Of a DNA stretch of 32,000 bases, positions 28,101-32,000 are shown one piece after another. The DNA comes from Opitutales bacterium (lineage in GTDB: Bacteria > Verrucomicrobiota > Verrucomicrobiia > Opitutales > UBA9783). Made by a program: the position numbers and the translations under genes. Location: positions 1-32,000 of the forward strand of contig JAKSVZ010000001.1 in the NCBI GenBank assembly GCA_024407725.1, given 5' to 3'. The notes under the pieces are model-generated. The model ran no database searches. It was not told the DNA's origin and worked only from the letters and a program-made list of their open reading frames with translations. How positions within the stretch are numbered: position 1 is the stretch's first letter; every line of letters starts with the position of its first letter.

Positions 28101-28876
28101 TGCAAAAGCAATTTGGATAAAATTTCATACTTGCCAGCTAAAACCCGACCTTGTTTTACATCCAACACATCTTCCGCCAATACCAAATTGGTTAATTGCG
28201 ATTGCTTGAGCAAACTAGCAACCGACAACATGCGCGGTTCATAAAACAGCTTTAAAATAGACTCATCTGTCTCATATCCCCAAGCACGCAACAAGGTAGT
28301 TACTAAAATGGGGCTGCGACGCCGATGGGTATCAAAGGTAACTCCTAATAAATCATTTTGGTCGAATTCAATCTCCAACCAAACTCCGCGGTCAGGAATA
28401 ATACGGGACAAGGGTAAACGTTTACCGAAAGAATAAAACCGTTCTTCAAAAACAATTCCAGGAGAACGATGTAACTGATTAACGACGGTACGTTCAACGC
28501 CATTTACAACAAAAGAAGCACGCGGTGTCATGAGTGGAATTTCACCCATATACACTTCGCTTTTTTGAACGGAATCCTCCGATTTTAACGATAACGTTAA
28601 ATAAAGAGAAGCCGCATACGTATCCCCATCTCGAATACAATCACAATAAGATTTCTTCTGGGGAACGATGCGGTAAGAATGGTACTCTAACGTACGATTG
28701 TAATTTTCTACAGGGAAAAAGCTGCGAAAAACATACTCTAATCCTACATTTTTTCGCTTATTCGGTTCTTTATCTAACTGCAGAAATTCTGAATACGAAT
28801 TGATAGATAAACTCAACAAATCGCTCGGATGTATAACTTCTTTTATTTTTTTAACATCAATACGCTCTTCCGACAT
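25112..28876 (-). CDS. rpoB: DNA-directed RNA polymerase subunit beta (1254 aa)
   Basis: '[11 protein letters not shown]', 'GYNFEDAII', '[17 protein letters not shown]', '[21 protein letters not shown]'. The stop lies 4 nt upstream of the rpoC start. Confidence 0.99.
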   Translation of the reverse strand: [1254 protein letters not shown]

Positions 28877-28910
28877 ATAAATCGATACCCACTCTTATTC
28901 CAACATCCAT

Positions 28911-28946
28911 TATTTAAAAATAGGGCTCTACTTTTTTATAGAGCCC
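28911..28946 (-). terminator. intrinsic terminator/attenuator hairpin in the rplL-rpoB spacer
   Basis: Minus-strand RNA reads GGGCUCUA-UAAAAAAG-UAGAGCCC (8-bp stem) followed by UAUUUUUAAAUAA. It lies 17 nt after the rplL stop and ~35 nt before the rpoB ATG. This is the position of the well-known partial terminator in E. coli rplKAJL-rpoBC. Confidence 0.65.
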
Positions 28947-28963
28947 AGAAAAAACCATCAAAC

Positions 28964-29350
28964 TTATTGCAGTTCAACGGTTGCGCCAGCTGCTTCTAGT
29001 TCTTTCTTGAACTTTTCTGCATCTTCCTTGCTGACACCTTCTTTAACCATCTTTGGTGCTCCATCTACCAAGGCTTTAGCCTCTGCTAAACCAAGATTGG
29101 TGATTGCACGAACTGCTTTAATAACAGCAATCTTCTTATCAGCAGGAGCAGCTTTTAACATAATATTAAATTCGCTCTTTTCTTCTGCTGCTGGGGCTGC
29201 TGCTCCACCGGCTGGTGCGCTCGCAACTGCAACAGGAGCAGCTGCACTGACTCCCCATTTTTCTTCTAACTGCTTAACTAAGTCATTTAATTCCATGACT
29301 GTCATTGAGCTTAAGAAGTCTATAACCTGTTCTAATGTTATTGTACTCAT
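28964..29350 (-). CDS. rplL: 50S ribosomal protein L7/L12
   Basis: An N-terminal dimerisation helix, an Ala/Pro-rich hinge '[22 protein letters not shown]' and a C-terminal domain '[48 protein letters not shown]'. A strong SD, AGGAGG, precedes it. Confidence 0.98.
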   Translation of the reverse strand: MSTITLEQVIDFLSSMTVMELNDLVKQLEEKWGVSAAAPVAVASAPAGGAAAPAAEEKSEFNIMLKAAPADKKIAVIKAVRAITNLGLAEAKALVDGAPKMVKEGVSKEDAEKFKKELEAAGATVELQ

Positions 29351-29362
29351 ATTTCCTCCTAG

Positions 29363-29422
29363 CCAAACTAGCGGTTATCTAGACAGACAACCATTTAAAG
29401 AGCTAATCTCCCTAGTTTGATC
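29363..29422 (-). promoter_or_regulatory. predicted structured RNA element in the rplJ-rplL spacer (nested stems ending next to the rplL SD)
   Basis: In the RNA sense, the outer stem is AUCAAACUAG (29421-29412) paired with CUAGUUUGG (29371-29363): 8 WC pairs plus 1 GU. The inner hairpin is GGUUGUCU-GUCU-AGAUAACC (29392-29373): 8 bp including one GU. No U-tract follows, so it is not a terminator. Confidence 0.3.
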
Positions 29423-29432
29423 TAAAAAATTG

Positions 29433-29939
29433 TTAACCATTTTTTGCTTTTAACACATTCAAAAGCCCACGCTGTGCACCCTGAGACACATACAAGAATT
29501 TGCGTTGGGTTGTTGTAAACAACGACAAAAGTGTAGCACGCAAGGTTGGCAAATCGGGCAAGTTCGATAGTACCTTAATCGCACTAACGTCATACAGCTT
29601 TCCGTCAACCAAACCACCTTTGGTCGCTAACTTTTCACGGTCTTTGGCAAATTGTACCAAGACTTTAGCAACCCCTGATGGATTTTCGCCACCAAATACA
29701 ACACCCGTCTGACCCTTTAACCATTGGGCATCCATTGCAGGCCATTCTAGGACTTCGCCCAGCTTCTTCAAAAACGTATTTTGAATAACATGGAACTGAG
29801 CTCCTTCGCGTGATAAAGCACCGCGTAATTCCGCCGTTTCCTTAACCGTTAAGCGGTTAAAATCGACCAAATACAAAAATGGAGACGATTTAACGTTATC
29901 GGTAATTTCATTTAGTAACAGTGTTTTTTCCGGTCTCAT
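29433..29939 (-). CDS. rplJ: 50S ribosomal protein L10
   Basis: 168 aa, positioned between rplA and rplL. 'LTVKETAELRGALSREGAQFHVIQNTFLKK' is typical L10. Confidence 0.96.
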   Translation of the reverse strand: MRPEKTLLLNEITDNVKSSPFLYLVDFNRLTVKETAELRGALSREGAQFHVIQNTFLKKLGEVLEWPAMDAQWLKGQTGVVFGGENPSGVAKVLVQFAKDREKLATKGGLVDGKLYDVSAIKVLSNLPDLPTLRATLLSLFTTTQRKFLYVSQGAQRGLLNVLKAKNG

Positions 29940-29970
29940 GACAATCTATCCTAACTTCCTTACCAATTTA

Positions 29971-30654
29971 TTAAGCAAATAACGAACTATTTAACCGAAT
30001 ACTAGGACTCATGGTAGAAGAAAGAAATCCTCCTAAAATAAATTTTCCACTAATACTAGCCGGTTTTGCCCGCTTAATTGCTTCCAAAATAGCCTCAATG
30101 TTTGCTACCAACTTGTCAACTCCAAAAGAACGTTTTCCAACACCCAATTGGATATGAGAAGTTTTGTCGCTCTTAAATTCAACGCGACCTTTTTGTAGCG
30201 CTTGGATACAATCAGCAAGTTTATCATTATCCGTTACCGTTCCAGCTTTAGGACTTGGCATCAATCCCTTAGGTCCTAACACACGGGCTAAAACTTTTAC
30301 GTCCTTCATGGCTTCCACCGTAGCTACCGCTACATCAAAATCTAACCAGCCACCTTGAACTTTTTCAATAAGATCCGCTAATCCAGCTTCTTTTGCACCC
30401 GCCTTCTTAGCTTCAGCAGCATTTTCAGTAAAAGCAATGACGCGTACTGTCTTTCCATTACCATTAGGCAATTGAACTACACCGCGAGTTACTGTATTGG
30501 CGTCTTTAGGATCCGGTGTTAACTGTAACGTTAATTCAACCGTCTCATCAAATTTGGCACTCGGCAAGGATAGCAACAAACCTAATGCTTCCTTCAACTC
30601 CAACGCTTTGTCGGAATCTACTTTTTCACAAGCCGAACGATAACGTTTACTCAT
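29971..30654 (-). CDS. rplA: 50S ribosomal protein L1
   Basis: 'AKFDETVELTLQL..DP......RG.V.LP.G.GKTVRV.AF' and 'LGPKGLMPSPKAGTVT'. Confidence 0.98.
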   Translation of the reverse strand: MSKRYRSACEKVDSDKALELKEALGLLLSLPSAKFDETVELTLQLTPDPKDANTVTRGVVQLPNGNGKTVRVIAFTENAAEAKKAGAKEAGLADLIEKVQGGWLDFDVAVATVEAMKDVKVLARVLGPKGLMPSPKAGTVTDNDKLADCIQALQKGRVEFKSDKTSHIQLGVGKRSFGVDKLVANIEAILEAIKRAKPASISGKFILGGFLSSTMSPSIRLNSSLFA

Positions 30655-30671
30655 AATACTTCTCTAAAAAA

Positions 30672-31097
30672 CTAATTTTGTACCTGAATTCCCATGCTGC
30701 GGGCTGTACCTGCAATCATCCTTGCGGCTTGATCAACATCCGTTGTATTTAAATCAGCCATTTTGGTTTTTGCGATTTCCTTCAACTGGGCTACTGTAAC
30801 AGTCGCAACCTTATTACGATTGGGCTCTCCCGATCCTTTTTGAACATTAGCTGCCTTAAGCAACAATACTGATGCAGGAGGGGTCTTGGTTATAAAAGAA
30901 AACGAGCGATCTGCATAAACGGTAATCACTACCGGAATAACCATTCCAGCCTGATTTTTTGTACGTGCATTGAACTCCTTACAGAAGTCCATAATCGCAA
31001 CTCCTTTCGCACCCAAAGCAGGGCCAACTGGAGGAGCCGGATTAGCCGCACCTGCAGGCAATTGTAAACGAATTTCACCAACAACTTTTTTAGCCAT
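30672..31097 (-). CDS. rplK: 50S ribosomal protein L11
   Basis: '[39 protein letters not shown]' and '[24 protein letters not shown]'. Confidence 0.98.
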   Translation of the reverse strand: MAKKVVGEIRLQLPAGAANPAPPVGPALGAKGVAIMDFCKEFNARTKNQAGMVIPVVITVYADRSFSFITKTPPASVLLLKAANVQKGSGEPNRNKVATVTVAQLKEIAKTKMADLNTTDVDQAARMIAGTARSMGIQVQN

Positions 31098-31109
31098 ATT
31101 AATCTATCC

Positions 31110-31679
31110 TTACGAACGTACTTTTTGTACTTGCCAACATTCCAAATCAACCGGTGTAGAACGGCCGAACATACTCACGAAAACACACAAACGACTTTTT
31201 TTCAAATCAATTTCATGAATCACCCCAGTCATGCCTGAAAAAGGACCATCCATAATGGTTACCGTCTCATTTACTTCGTAGGCAACCTTTAAATTGCGTT
31301 TTCCTTCACAGTTTTTAACTTCACCTTGAATGTTATCAATTTCAGCTTGTGAAATAACAACGGGACAACCATCTTTTTCGATAAAACCACGAGCTCCGGG
31401 AATTCCCCGAATAATCGAAATTAAATCCTGACTGATATTACCCGCCTCATCCCGCAATTTCATGCAAATAAAGGCATACCGCGGGTAAAACTTCTGAATA
31501 CGGTTGGATTTCTTTCCGTTCTTAACCTCGGTAACTGTTTTGGTCGGAACCAAAACTTCTTTTATGCAATCTTTATATGCACTTTCTTTGATGCGCTCTT
31601 CCAGATTCTGCTTTACCTTGAATTCACAATTGGAATTTGTTTGTAAAGCGTACCACTGAAAAGGGGTTTGAGTAACCAT
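31110..31679 (-). CDS. nusG: transcription termination/antitermination factor NusG
   Basis: NGN domain 'WYALQTNSNCEFKVKQNLEERI' and KOW motif 'VNETVTIMDGPFSGMTGVIHEID'. I chose the start at the ATG at 31679, 2 nt after the secE stop. The track's longer ORF starts at a GTG inside secE. Confidence 0.95.
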   Translation of the reverse strand: MVTQTPFQWYALQTNSNCEFKVKQNLEERIKESAYKDCIKEVLVPTKTVTEVKNGKKSNRIQKFYPRYAFICMKLRDEAGNISQDLISIIRGIPGARGFIEKDGCPVVISQAEIDNIQGEVKNCEGKRNLKVAYEVNETVTIMDGPFSGMTGVIHEIDLKKSRLCVFVSMFGRSTPVDLECWQVQKVRS

Positions 31680-31681
31680 AA

Positions 31682-31879
31682 TTAGCGATTTACACAACAC
31701 ATCAGCAGATCCACCACATGAAATAAAGATAAATCTACCGCACTAACAAATAAACCTAACAAAACAATTGCAATCAATACCTTTACAGTAGAGCGCCAAA
31801 GGTCAACCTTATTTGGCCAAGAAGTCTTTTTCAACTCCTCAACCATCTCTCTGCAAAACGTATGAATTTTAAACTTCAT
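31682..31879 (-). CDS. secE: preprotein translocase subunit SecE (single-TM form, 65 aa)
   Basis: 'VEELKKTSWPNK.DL..ST..V' followed by one hydrophobic helix. It occupies the canonical position between tRNA-Trp and nusG. Confidence 0.9.
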   Translation of the reverse strand: MKFKIHTFCREMVEELKKTSWPNKVDLWRSTVKVLIAIVLLGLFVSAVDLSLFHVVDLLMCCVNR

Positions 31880-31892
31880 GCATTTAGTTTTT

Positions 31893-31968
31893 TGGCAGGG
31901 GAAGAGGGACTCGAACCCCCAACCGACGGTTTTGGAGACCGCTACTCTACCAATTGCGCTATTCCCCT
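31893..31968 (-). tRNA. tRNA-Trp (anticodon CCA), CCA encoded
   Basis: The reverse complement is AGGGGAATAGCGCAATTGGTAGAGTAGCGGTCTCCAAAACCGTCGGTTGGGGGTTCGAGTCCCTCTTCCCCTGCCA. The acceptor is AGGGGAA/TTCCCCT, the anticodon loop is CTCCAAA and the T-loop is GGTTCGAGTCC. Confidence 0.93.
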
Positions 31969-32000
31969 ACTTGCAAAAAGTAACTACAAACCTTACTCAA

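Noticed and set aside
29007-29420. 137-aa plus-strand ORF (Ala-rich) opposite rplL
   Set aside because: It lies entirely antisense to a highly conserved gene. Its composition (poly-Ala/Ser/Leu) is the expected mirror of the GCN/GAA-rich L7/L12 codons, and it has no SD or recognisable domain.
31680-31700. Longer NusG start at 31700
   Set aside because: That codon is GTG inside secE. The ATG at 31679, 2 nt after the secE stop, gives a typical NusG N-terminus.

Overview
Almost the whole window is core gene-expression machinery. From about 31968 down to about 1250, 42 genes (40 CDS and 2 tRNAs) lie on the minus strand with spacers of 0-87 bp. The order is tRNA-Trp, secE, nusG, rplKAJL, rpoBC, rpsL, rpsG, fusA, the S10, spc and alpha ribosomal-protein clusters, a zeta-toxin-like P-loop gene, tRNA-Asn and an orphan lipoprotein gene. 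The array ends at a strong intrinsic terminator (1250-1285). The plus strand carries only the 3' end of a FabH/OleA-like condensing enzyme and an overlapping haloalkane-dehalogenase-like alpha/beta hydrolase, a possible OleA-OleB pair. tuf, rpmD, adk, infA and rpmJ are absent from their usual slots. I saw no mobile element, CRISPR array, integrase or obvious defence locus, and I cannot support a claim of a new multi-gene system here. Points worth a second look: (1) natural substitutions at classical drug and catalysis positions: S12 R86A/K88P; RpoB H526R- and P564S-equivalents; beta-prime trigger-loop Arg to Trp. (2) the P-loop gene attached to the alpha operon with no terminator and no antitoxin. 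(3) an extra C-terminal hydrophobic helix on SecY. (4) long K/A/E-rich tails on S11, L17 and L24. (5) a structured, CTAG-rich rplJ-rplL spacer. (6) two CDSs that start 13-15 nt after a tRNA 3' end with no Shine-Dalgarno (SD) sequence. The lineage cannot be fixed from the sequence. The gene order and the moderately AT-rich composition would fit a PVC-type or similar bacterium, but that is a guess.
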